Assembly (NCBI GenBank): GCA_964496765.1
Contig: CAZCAP010000001.1
Coordinates: 1 to 23,188, forward strand
Source of the DNA: an uncultured archaeon
Lineage (GTDB): Archaea; Iainarchaeota; Iainarchaeia; Iainarchaeales; CSSED10-239
Direction of reading: 5' to 3'
DNA length: 23,188 bases
The position numbers were made by a program, and so were the translations under genes. The notes under the pieces are model-generated. The model saw only the letters and a list, made by a program, of their open reading frames with translations, had not been told where the DNA came from and ran no database searches. Of the stretch, positions 8,803 through 16,888 are shown one piece after another (within the stretch, counting starts at the first letter, position 1; the number at the start of each line of letters is the position of its first letter).

Positions 8803-9219
8803 ATGAAAAAAATATATTTTGCAGGATCAATAACTGGTGGAAGGGATGATGCTCCAATCTATGCAAAATTAATCGAATATCTTAAAACAAAAGGTAATGT
8901 ACTAACTGAACATCTAGGAAATAGTACTCTTTTATCTACTGGAGAAAAATTAACAAATGAAGAAATTTATATAAGAGACGTCGATTGGATAAAGGAAGCA
9001 GATATAGTTATTGCTGAAGTAACAAAACCATCTCTTGGAGTTGGTTATGAACTTGGATTTGCAGAAAAATTAAATATTCCAATAATTTGTTTGTATAGAG
9101 AAGATGAAACAAACAAAGATAAGAGATTATCTGCAATGATTGATGGTAATAAATACAACACTATCATTAGATATAAGGATATTAATGATATTCTATTTAA
9201 ATTAAATAAATTATTATAA
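8803..9219 (+). CDS. 2'-deoxynucleoside 5'-phosphate N-hydrolase, DNPH1/Rcl-like (nucleoside deoxyribosyltransferase superfamily)
   Basis: KKIYFAGSITGGRDDAPIYAKLIEYLKTKGNVLTEHL; DVDWIKEADIVIAEVTKPSLGVGYELGFA closely matches the DNPH1/Rcl active-site block. Confidence 0.85.
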   Translation: MKKIYFAGSITGGRDDAPIYAKLIEYLKTKGNVLTEHLGNSTLLSTGEKLTNEEIYIRDVDWIKEADIVIAEVTKPSLGVGYELGFAEKLNIPIICLYREDETNKDKRLSAMIDGNKYNTIIRYKDINDILFKLNKLL

Positions 9220-9233
9220 AAAGGGGAAAAACA

Positions 9234-10100
9234 ATGAAAGCATATCTAGATATTATACAGCAAATTTTGGATAAAGGAGAACTTAAACACAATAGAACCG
9301 GTGTTGATACTCTTGCTATTGCAGGAGCAATGTTTGAGCATAATATGCAAGAAGGATTTCCTGTTCTTACTACTAAGAAAGTTCCCTTTAGACTTGTAGC
9401 ATCTGAATTGGAGTTTTTCATAAAAGGAATTACAGATAAAAAATGGTTACAGGAAAGAGATAATCATATTTGGGATGAATGGTGCTGTCCTGATAACGTG
9501 CCCTATGGACATGATGAAGTTACAAAACAAAAAATGCTTGAAGAAAGAGAGCTTGGTCCTATCTATGGTTGGCAATGGAGAAATTTTGGAGCAAAATATC
9601 AAGCTTTTGATAAAGCACCATTAGGAGAAGGTGTTGATCAACTAAAAAATGTAGTTAATAAACTTAAATCCGATCCAACAGACAGAAGAATGATTGTTTC
9701 AGCATGGAATCCCCATGATATTAAGCATATGGCTCTACCCGCATGCCACTATGGATTTCAAGTAACAGTTATTAATGATAAATTGAATTTATTATGGAAT
9801 CAAAGATCCGTTGATTCTGCTCTTGGTTTACCATTTAATATTGCAAGCTATGGATTATTACTCCATCTTCTTGCAAAGGAAGCTGGACTTAAGGAAGGTA
9901 AGTTAATTGGTTTTCTTGGAGATACACATGTTTATGTTAATCACATTGATGGACTTAAAGAACAACTTGCAAGAGAAACATATAAACTACCAACAATTGA
10001 AACAAGTGATTTTAAATCCATATTTGATTGGAAATATACAGACAGTAAATTAATTGATTATAAAGCACAACCAACTATTAAGTTTGAGATTGCTGTTTAA
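9234..10100 (+). CDS. thyA: Thymidylate synthase (ThyA type)
   Basis: LKHNRTGVDTLAI, LGPIYGWQWRNFG, DRRMIVSAWNP, ALPACHYGFQ (catalytic Cys), NQRSVDSALGLPFNIASYGLL, LGDTHVYVNHIDGLKEQL. Confidence 0.97.
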   Translation: MKAYLDIIQQILDKGELKHNRTGVDTLAIAGAMFEHNMQEGFPVLTTKKVPFRLVASELEFFIKGITDKKWLQERDNHIWDEWCCPDNVPYGHDEVTKQKMLEERELGPIYGWQWRNFGAKYQAFDKAPLGEGVDQLKNVVNKLKSDPTDRRMIVSAWNPHDIKHMALPACHYGFQVTVINDKLNLLWNQRSVDSALGLPFNIASYGLLLHLLAKEAGLKEGKLIGFLGDTHVYVNHIDGLKEQLARETYKLPTIETSDFKSIFDWKYTDSKLIDYKAQPTIKFEIAV

Positions 10101-10108
10101 ACAAAGGT

Positions 10109-10585
10109 GTGATTTTGAGAGAGATAATAATTATTGTTGCAGTTGCAAAAAATAATGTAATTGGTAAGGATAATAGGATACCTTGGTACATATCTGATGA
10201 TTTTAAGCATTTTAAGGAATTAACCTTAGGTCATCCAATAGTTATGGGAAAAAATACATATCTGTCTTTACCAAAAAGACCGCTTCCAGAGAGAGAAAAT
10301 ATTGTTTTAACTTTTATAGATGATCCTTTTAATGAATCAGGAATTACAATTAAGCATTCGCTTAAGGATGCACTTGAGTACACAGAAAACAAAGATGTTT
10401 ATGTAATCGGAGGAGCAAGTGTGTACAAGCAAGCAATGGATGTTGCAACAAAGTTAGAGATAACAAGTATAGATAAGGAATATGAAGGAGATACTTTCTT
10501 TCCAGAAATAAATTTAGAAATTTGGAAACTAATAAAAGAGGATAAGAGAGAAGGATATTCATTTCAAACATATATAAAAAAATAA
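10109..10585 (+). CDS. folA: Dihydrofolate reductase
   Basis: IIIIVAVAKNNVIGKDNRIPWYISDDFKHFKELT, PIVMGKNTYLSLPKRPLPERENIVLT, VYVIGGASVYKQAM. Start is GTG 10109 or TTG 10115. Confidence 0.93.
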   Translation: MILREIIIIVAVAKNNVIGKDNRIPWYISDDFKHFKELTLGHPIVMGKNTYLSLPKRPLPERENIVLTFIDDPFNESGITIKHSLKDALEYTENKDVYVIGGASVYKQAMDVATKLEITSIDKEYEGDTFFPEINLEIWKLIKEDKREGYSFQTYIKK

Positions 10586-10598
10586 ATGGTGGGGATTT

Positions 10599-11693
10599 AT
10601 GATTATTGGATTAACTAGTTTTTTATCTGCTGGAAAAGGCAGTGTTTGTGAATTTTTAAAAATTAAAGGATATCTAGTTTATTCTTGTTCTGATATAATT
10701 AGAGAAGAATGTAATAGTAGAGGTATTGAACTTACAAGAGAAAATTTACAAAATGTTGGTAACGAGCTTAGAACTAAGTTTGGTCCAAATATACTTGCAA
10801 TTAGATTATCTGAAAAAATTAATAAAGATATTACTAAAAATTATGTTGTAGATTCTATTATAACACCTGCTGAAATTGAAGAATTAAGAAAATTACCTAA
10901 TTTTGCTCTTGTGTTTCTGGATGCCGATTCTAAAATAAGATATGAAAGAGCAAAGATCAGATTAAGAGAGAAAGAAAATGTAAATAGTTTTGATGAGTTT
11001 ATGCTCTCAGAAAAAAGAGAACTTGAAAGTAAGGATCCAAATTCTCAACAATTGTTAAGATGTAAAGAACTTTCAGATTATATGTTGAATAATAATGGAA
11101 CAGTAGATGAGCTTCAAGCTCAAGTTGATGAGCTTTTAGTAAAACTTCAAGTTAAATTCAAGAAAAAAATGAATTGGGACGAATATTTTATAAATGTTGC
11201 AAAAGATATTTCTAAAAAATCAACGTGTATGTCTATGTATGTTGGTGCAGTAATAACCAAAAATAATACTATTTTAAGTACTGGGTATTCTGGAGCACCA
11301 AGAGGTACAAAAGATTGCTTTGAATGGGGTTATTGTTTTAGAAGAAAAAATAATATTAAATCAGGAACTAAGTTTGAATTGTGTGCTTCGGTTCATGCTG
11401 AACAGAATGCAATAATTAATGCTGCAAGGCAAGGAACAAGTATAGTTGATGGAGTTCTTTATCTTTATGGAGAAATTGCATATCAAGCACAAAATAAAAT
11501 GACGGATATATTTCCTTGTTTTATTTGCAAAAAAATTATTATTAATGCAGGTATTGTAAAAGTGGTTTGTTCAAAAGCAGATGGAACATTTATTACTTTT
11601 GAGGTTAAAGATTGGATTAATGATTGGAAGGAACATAACTTATTAGAAGATACGGTTGGATATGGAACAAACTATAATCAAAGCATTAAGTGA
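10599..11693 (+). CDS. Fusion protein: N-terminal P-loop (dephospho-CoA kinase/AAA_18-like) domain + C-terminal dCMP/CMP deaminase
   Basis: N-term GLTSFLSAGKGSVCEFL (Walker A), YSCSDIIREE; C-term MSMYVGAVITKNNTILSTGYSGAPRGTKDC, CASVHAEQNAIINAA, PCFICKKIIINAG zinc-ligand motifs. Confidence 0.9.
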   Translation: MIIGLTSFLSAGKGSVCEFLKIKGYLVYSCSDIIREECNSRGIELTRENLQNVGNELRTKFGPNILAIRLSEKINKDITKNYVVDSIITPAEIEELRKLPNFALVFLDADSKIRYERAKIRLREKENVNSFDEFMLSEKRELESKDPNSQQLLRCKELSDYMLNNNGTVDELQAQVDELLVKLQVKFKKKMNWDEYFINVAKDISKKSTCMSMYVGAVITKNNTILSTGYSGAPRGTKDCFEWGYCFRRKNNIKSGTKFELCASVHAEQNAIINAARQGTSIVDGVLYLYGEIAYQAQNKMTDIFPCFICKKIIINAGIVKVVCSKADGTFITFEVKDWINDWKEHNLLEDTVGYGTNYNQSIK

Positions 11694-12375
11694 TCTTAAG
11701 CAGATTCTTTCTTCTCTTAGGAAGAAAGGAGACCCCACTCATGCAAGGAACGAAGAAAAGTATCTTAAAACAAATTTTAAATGCTATGGAGTTTATGGAA
11801 CTGAGCTCCATCTTTCTTTAAATGAGTTTTGTAAATCACATAAAGACATTTCTAAAGCGGACTTGTTATATTTGTTGGACAGTTTGTGGACCTCTAAGTA
11901 CCATACAGAAAAAACATTTGCAATTAAGCTTGTTTCCAAGTATATTTCTCTTTTTGGACCCAAAGATATACCCTATTTCAAAAAATGGTTAAAAGAATCA
12001 GATGGATGGTGTCACACAGATTATATTTGTGGTTTAGTTGTTGGTGAACTTGTATACAAGCACCCTACAATTAAAAAAACAATTAATTGCTGGAGAGATG
12101 ATAAAGTTCTGTGGGTAAGAAGAGCATCCCTAATATCCTATATAGTCTCCATAAGGCATACAGATAGGGACATTAAAGATGTATTCAACAATTCAATTTA
12201 TCTTTCTGGAGAAAAAGATTTTTTTATTAGAAAAGCAATTGGTTGGATATTACGTGAAGCATCTAAAAAATATCCAAAAGAAGTATTAGGTTTTGTTTCT
12301 AAATATGAAAATAAACTCTCAAATCTTTCAAAAAAAGAAGCAATAAGAAATATTAAATTAAAGAAAACTTTATAA
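11656..12375 (+). CDS. AlkD-like HEAT-repeat protein (putative DNA alkylation repair glycosylase)
   Basis: GVYGTELHLSLNEFCKSHK, LLDSLWTSKYHTEKTFAIKLVSKY, WVRRASLISYI, FIRKAIGWILREASKKYP typical of the AlkD superfamily. Overlaps the upstream ORF by 38 nt. Confidence 0.8.
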   Translation: MDMEQTIIKALSDLKQILSSLRKKGDPTHARNEEKYLKTNFKCYGVYGTELHLSLNEFCKSHKDISKADLLYLLDSLWTSKYHTEKTFAIKLVSKYISLFGPKDIPYFKKWLKESDGWCHTDYICGLVVGELVYKHPTIKKTINCWRDDKVLWVRRASLISYIVSIRHTDRDIKDVFNNSIYLSGEKDFFIRKAIGWILREASKKYPKEVLGFVSKYENKLSNLSKKEAIRNIKLKKTL

Positions 12376-12427
12376 ATTATATATATTATATATTATAATG
12401 AAATATAGTTATAAATGAGGTTTTAAT

Positions 12428-12565
12428 ATGATAGATTATTTACTTCTTTTAATGTGCCTAGCTGCAGCTCTTTTTTTGGTTGTAGGTGGATATGCATTAT
12501 TAAAAAATAAGAAAAAAAAACAAGATTATAAATTGATTGATAAAATATGTCAGAAATTATTATAG
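12428..12565 (+). CDS. 45-aa single-TM micro-ORF (MIDYLLLLMCLAAALFLVVGGYALLKNKKKKQDYKLIDKICQKLL)
   Basis: ATG preceded by GAGGTTTTAAT, one clear hydrophobic span followed by a KNKKKK positive patch; 3' end overlaps the K+ channel start by 19 nt. Not in the supplied track. Confidence 0.55.
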   Translation: MIDYLLLLMCLAAALFLVVGGYALLKNKKKKQDYKLIDKICQKLL

Positions 12566-13008
12566 ATCATAAAATTAAGCTTATCCTAGCTGTGTTGTTT
12601 GTTATACTTTTATTGGGAATAGGCACTTTATTGTTTCATAGACTTGAACAATGGGGGTATCTGGATTCTTTCTATTTTTCTGCAGTTACCTTAACAACAA
12701 TTGGCTATGGTGATTTGGTTCCCTATACAGATGTTGGTAAAATAGTTACATCTATATTTGCAATATTAGGTGTTGGAACATTCTTATTTGCTTTATCAGT
12801 AATTGCTCAAAATTCATTTGAAAATCGATTAAAGAAGTTTAATATCCATCCGTTTAAACACAAAACAATAAATCTGGTTAATGGTACTAAGAATAAGATT
12901 ACACCTGTCGCTAGAAGATCTATTCCTCATATTAAAAAGATTGGGTTTAAGAAGGATAACTTAGTAAATCAAAGAAAATCAAGAATGTTTGAAAGAAGGA
13001 AACTCTAA
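12547..13008 (+). CDS. Two-TM potassium channel subunit
   Basis: SFYFSAVTLTTIGYGDLVPYTDVGKIVTSIFAILGVGTFLFALSVIAQ pore/selectivity filter (TIGYGD), followed by a basic cytoplasmic tail. Confidence 0.9.
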   Translation: MSEIIIDHKIKLILAVLFVILLLGIGTLLFHRLEQWGYLDSFYFSAVTLTTIGYGDLVPYTDVGKIVTSIFAILGVGTFLFALSVIAQNSFENRLKKFNIHPFKHKTINLVNGTKNKITPVARRSIPHIKKIGFKKDNLVNQRKSRMFERRKL

Positions 13009-13418
13009 ATTTTATTTCCTAGCCAAACAGAAAAGAAACCTAAGAATCCAAATAGGGCATAAACTGGATTAATGAACCAAAGAGGAATTGCGAAAACAAT
13101 TCCTGCTGGTAATGATGACATTCTTTCTTTAGTTTGAGCAAAGTAATAAATCACTGCTAGTCCAGCAAACACTAATAGGGTTGGTAGTATGTAGTGCTTA
13201 ATAAAATAAAACACAACACCAATAACTGCAATAATAAACATTATGGGACCAGACCATGAGCTTTGCATATTAAAATCAGGTATTAGGGCATATAGGAAAC
13301 AGATTACAAATAATGCAACTAAACCAGCGCTTGTGTGTCCTATTTGAAAGTTTTTAATTATAAATACTCCAATTCCAAAGAATATTGTTGACCAAAATAG
13401 TTTACTTATAAAATCCAT
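13005..13418 (-). CDS. Hypothetical multi-TM membrane protein
   Basis: 137 aa with several hydrophobic spans; stop overlaps the channel stop by 4 nt (convergent). Confidence 0.75.
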   Translation of the reverse strand: MDFISKLFWSTIFFGIGVFIIKNFQIGHTSAGLVALFVICFLYALIPDFNMQSSWSGPIMFIIAVIGVVFYFIKHYILPTLLVFAGLAVIYYFAQTKERMSSLPAGIVFAIPLWFINPVYALFGFLGFFSVWLGNKI

Positions 13419-13489
13419 TCTTCTACAACCCCTTGTATATAATAATAGTAAGTTAATAAGTTATTTTAAAGCTTTGGATTTTATCTTCA

Positions 13490-13497
13490 TATATAAA
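13490..13497 (+). promoter_or_regulatory. TATA box (TATATAAA) for the HTH-beta-propeller gene
   Basis: CTTCATATATAAACTTTTTC about 70 nt upstream of ATG 13567; indicates translation does not start at 13474. Confidence 0.5.
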
Positions 13498-13566
13498 CTT
13501 TTCTTTTTTAGGTTTATACCTAACTATAAAATAAGCTTTAAAAATAGCATTATACATATACTTTTT

Positions 13567-15972
13567 ATGAATGATGATAATTTATTTGATAGAGAGACTT
13601 TGAAAGCAGTTTCATCGGACACAAGATCAGATATTTTGAAAATCCTAAACGAAAAAAATTATACTTTATCTGATATTTCTGGAAAACTTAAACTTAGTAA
13701 TCCTACTGTTAAAGAGCACCTTGATATTCTTTCAAGAAATCAACTAATTAAAAAAGAGGATACAGATAGGAAATGGAAATATTATTCTTTAACATCTAAA
13801 GGTAAATATTTTTGTGATAAATATAAAATTAAAGACGAACAAAAAAATGTTATTACAATGGAGACGAGCTATATGAAAAGAAATATGTTAATAGGAGGTG
13901 TTGTACTTTTACTTGCAGTAGGTATAATTATCTCAATAATTGGTTTTGGAGGACCAAATAATAACGGTGTATTTAATGGTATAAACTTATACAATAATTC
14001 AAATGATATAAACTTATACAATAATTCAAATGATATGCCTGTATATACCATAAACAAATTTACTTCTGATCAAGAATTAATTAATGCATTTAAGAATGCA
14101 AATAATAATTCCGGAGGACGTTATGGTGGTTTAGTTGATGGCCTAATGATGAAAGGAGCTACAATGGAAATGGCAACTGGGGCAGCACCACAGGTAGCAA
14201 ATGATTCATCATCAGCTGGAAGCTCAGATTATTCAGAAACAAATGTTCAGGTAGCAGGAGTTGATGAAGCAGACATAATCAAAACAGATGGAAAATACAT
14301 TTATGCATTATCAGGAGATAAGTTTTTTGTAATTGAAGCATATCCTGGAGAAGATGCAAAGATATTATCTGAAACAATAATTACAGATGAAAATACACAA
14401 TTCTATCCACAGGAATTGTTCATAGATGGGGATAGAATATTAATCTTTGGACAAGGAATGTATGAAATGGATCCTATTATCTATGAAAATCAACCAGAAT
14501 TAGATATGGTAATGATGCCCTACTATCCAAGATATGCTTCTGCAACATCAATTAAATTAATTGATGTTCAAGACAAAACAAATCCAGAAGTAATTAAAAC
14601 AGTGGACTTTGAAGGAAGTTATTTAACATCAAGAAAGATAGATGAATACGTTTATTTTGTAATAAATAGCTATCCTAACTTTGATTTAGTTGATGATGGA
14701 TGTATTAATATCCTACCAACCTACAAGGAAGCAATAGGTACAAGTGATTCAGAAGTGAAACCAATTGCAGCAAGTTGTACAGATATAGGATATGTTAGAC
14801 CATTGGAAGCAAGAAACTTTATAACAATTGCTTCAATCTCTATCTTGGATGAAACCAAGGATCTTACTAAAGAAACAATTGTTGGTTCTGGTCAAGACGT
14901 TTATGCATCTTTAGATAATATATATGTTACTCAAACAACACATCCAATTTACGGAATTGTTGGAGATATAATGACAGATGCAGATAATACAGTTAAGACT
15001 ACCATCACCAAGTTTAATTTGGATAATGATGAGATTAACTTTGTTGGCTATGGTTCTGTAAACGGAACTCTGTTAAACCAATTTGCAATGGATGAATATG
15101 ATAACCATTTCAGAATTGCAACAACAATTAATAGCTATTCAAATAATAAGGATACATCTACTAACAATGTATATGTACTTGATGATCAATTGGTTGTTAC
15201 TGGAAAAGTAGAGGGAATTGCTCCTGGTGAAAGTATTTATTCAGTAAGATTCATGGGCAATAGAGGATACATGGTAACCTTTAGACATGTTGATCCATTA
15301 TATGTTATAGATCTTTCAGACCCTGCAAATCCAGAAATACTTGGACAATTAAAAATTCCAGGCTACTCTGATTACCTACACCCATACGATGAAACACATC
15401 TAATTGGTATTGGAAAAGAGGTTGATGCTTCAATAGATGCAAACCTAGTACACACAGAAGGTGCAGTATATTACACAGCAATACAGGGTGTAAAGCTTGC
15501 AATCTTTGATGTGTCTGATGTATCCAATCCAATTGAAATGTACAAAGAAGTAATTGGAGATAGAGGAACAGAGAGTCTTGCAACAAGTGATCACAAAGCA
15601 TTCCTTTTTGATAAGGAAAAGAATCTCCTAGTAATTCCTATGACCGTTGCTGAATTAGCACCTGATCAATCAAAGAGTGATCAGGGACAATATACCTTTG
15701 ATGGAGCCTATGTGTATGATGTTTCACTTGAGAATGGATTTGATCTTAGAGGAAAGGTAACTCACATGGATAGTAATGATGATAGCCTATTAAAAGCTGG
15801 TTATTACTATTATGGTGGTAACCTAAGCATTAAGAGAAGTCTGTATATAAGTGATGTACTCTATACCCTATCAAATAATAAATTAAAATTAAATAATCTT
15901 AATACACTTGAACATATTAAGACTTTAATTTTAAACGAAGGAGATGGAGATCAACCAATGTACTATAGATGA
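13567..15972 (+). CDS. Membrane protein with N-terminal ArsR-like wHTH, one TM helix and C-terminal beta-propeller (Beta_propel/COG4880-like)
   Basis: SSDTRSDILKILNEKNYTLSDISGKLKLSNPTVKEHLDILSRNQLIKKEDTDRKWKYYSLTSKG (wHTH), MLIGGVVLLLAVGIIISIIGFGG (TM), VAGVDEADIIKTDGKYIYALSGDKFFVIEAYPG (hallmark Beta_propel motif). The track ORF opens at 13474, but that start precedes the likely promoter. Confidence 0.88.
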   Translation: MNDDNLFDRETLKAVSSDTRSDILKILNEKNYTLSDISGKLKLSNPTVKEHLDILSRNQLIKKEDTDRKWKYYSLTSKGKYFCDKYKIKDEQKNVITMETSYMKRNMLIGGVVLLLAVGIIISIIGFGGPNNNGVFNGINLYNNSNDINLYNNSNDMPVYTINKFTSDQELINAFKNANNNSGGRYGGLVDGLMMKGATMEMATGAAPQVANDSSSAGSSDYSETNVQVAGVDEADIIKTDGKYIYALSGDKFFVIEAYPGEDAKILSETIITDENTQFYPQELFIDGDRILIFGQGMYEMDPIIYENQPELDMVMMPYYPRYASATSIKLIDVQDKTNPEVIKTVDFEGSYLTSRKIDEYVYFVINSYPNFDLVDDGCINILPTYKEAIGTSDSEVKPIAASCTDIGYVRPLEARNFITIASISILDETKDLTKETIVGSGQDVYASLDNIYVTQTTHPIYGIVGDIMTDADNTVKTTITKFNLDNDEINFVGYGSVNGTLLNQFAMDEYDNHFRIATTINSYSNNKDTSTNNVYVLDDQLVVTGKVEGIAPGESIYSVRFMGNRGYMVTFRHVDPLYVIDLSDPANPEILGQLKIPGYSDYLHPYDETHLIGIGKEVDASIDANLVHTEGAVYYTAIQGVKLAIFDVSDVSNPIEMYKEVIGDRGTESLATSDHKAFLFDKEKNLLVIPMTVAELAPDQSKSDQGQYTFDGAYVYDVSLENGFDLRGKVTHMDSNDDSLLKAGYYYYGGNLSIKRSLYISDVLYTLSNNKLKLNNLNTLEHIKTLILNEGDGDQPMYYR
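13981..14034 (+). repeat. Perfect 27-bp tandem duplication, (INLYNNSND)x2
   Basis: ATAAACTTATACAATAATTCAAATGAT occurs twice head-to-tail directly after the TM helix. Confidence 0.95.
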
Positions 15973-16032
15973 AAAGGGAAGATATTCCCTTTTCATTTTA
16001 TCTTTCATTAACTTAGGGTAGGAGTGTATTAA

Positions 16033-16716
16033 ATGAATTATAGAAAATTAAACTATATGTTTGTATTTGCTTTTTTACTTATTTCATTTGTATCAATAAA
16101 TGCGTGCACATCATTAAATAAGGGATTAAGCATTATTGTTCCTAATAGTTTTGAGGTTTTAGAAAAATCAGTAACTAATTTTTGTGCAGATAAAAATTGC
16201 GATAATTCATCAGAATATATTTGTGGACCTAATGATAATGGTGGATCAGATATATGTTGGAATTTAAAAAATAAGAATAAAACATATTATTACCCTAATG
16301 ATTTAAATACAATTTATGTTTTATTTGTAAAAGAGCAGGATAGCACTGGTAAATACAAATCTAATTTAGATCATTATAGGTTTGTTCAAGTAAATTCTGT
16401 GTTTGATCTCAAATATGAAGGTAATGATAATTCTGGGCCACCAGATATAGATGAACTTAAAATTGGTTTAAATCAGCTAATAGATGTTGGTATTATAAAA
16501 AATATGAAAAAGGAAGATTTAGATGAAATGAAGGGTACAAATCTTTATAATAATTATATTTTTTATGAATCTAATTTTTGTAGGATAGTTAACATATTTA
16601 ATAGAATGGATAAAACAAGAATAGGAAACTCTAATTGGTATTATACTACTGGGGGAAGAGAAGTATCCTACAATGCACTTGGTTGTGCTAAATTAGAATC
16701 GCTACAGAAATGTTGA
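16033..16716 (+). CDS. Hypothetical secreted Cys-containing protein
   Basis: Signal-peptide-like N-terminus MNYRKLNYMFVFAFLLISFVSINACTS; GGTAGGAGTG upstream; no family recognised. Confidence 0.75.
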   Translation: MNYRKLNYMFVFAFLLISFVSINACTSLNKGLSIIVPNSFEVLEKSVTNFCADKNCDNSSEYICGPNDNGGSDICWNLKNKNKTYYYPNDLNTIYVLFVKEQDSTGKYKSNLDHYRFVQVNSVFDLKYEGNDNSGPPDIDELKIGLNQLIDVGIIKNMKKEDLDEMKGTNLYNNYIFYESNFCRIVNIFNRMDKTRIGNSNWYYTTGGREVSYNALGCAKLESLQKC

Positions 16717-16739
16717 ATTTTGGTCTAAAAGAACCTTAT

Positions 16740-16765
16740 AATAGGGTAAAACCCCTATTTATATA
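16740..16765 (+). promoter_or_regulatory. Perfect 7-bp hairpin AATAGGG/CCCTATT abutting a TTTATATA TATA box
   Basis: AATAGGG (16740-16746), loop TAAAAC, CCCTATT (16753-16759), overlapping TTTATATA (16758-16765). Confidence 0.5.
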
Positions 16766-16888
16766 TCTTTCCTAATATAATTATAGTATATGCCTTGAGA
16801 GAAACTAATTATTATTATAATAATTCAAATTCTATAGTTAGTGAACAAGATAGGTAAAAAAAAAGGATAAAAAAATAGGTGAATGAAT

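Noticed and set aside
9234-10100. thyA as a dCMP/dUMP hydroxymethylase (base-hypermodification system with the DNPH1-like gene)
   Set aside because: The Asn in LPFNIASY that specifies dUMP in genuine thymidylate synthase is retained and all TS motifs are intact, so canonical dTMP synthesis is more likely.
13474-13566. Upstream extension of the HTH-beta-propeller ORF
   Set aside because: Encodes an Ile/Phe-rich stretch that overlaps a strong TATA box (13490-13497); the wHTH starts cleanly at ATG 13567.
15305-15601. 98-aa minus ORF inside the beta-propeller gene
   Set aside because: Leu/His/Gln-rich translation is typical of an antisense shadow; the sense strand has clear Beta_propel motifs.
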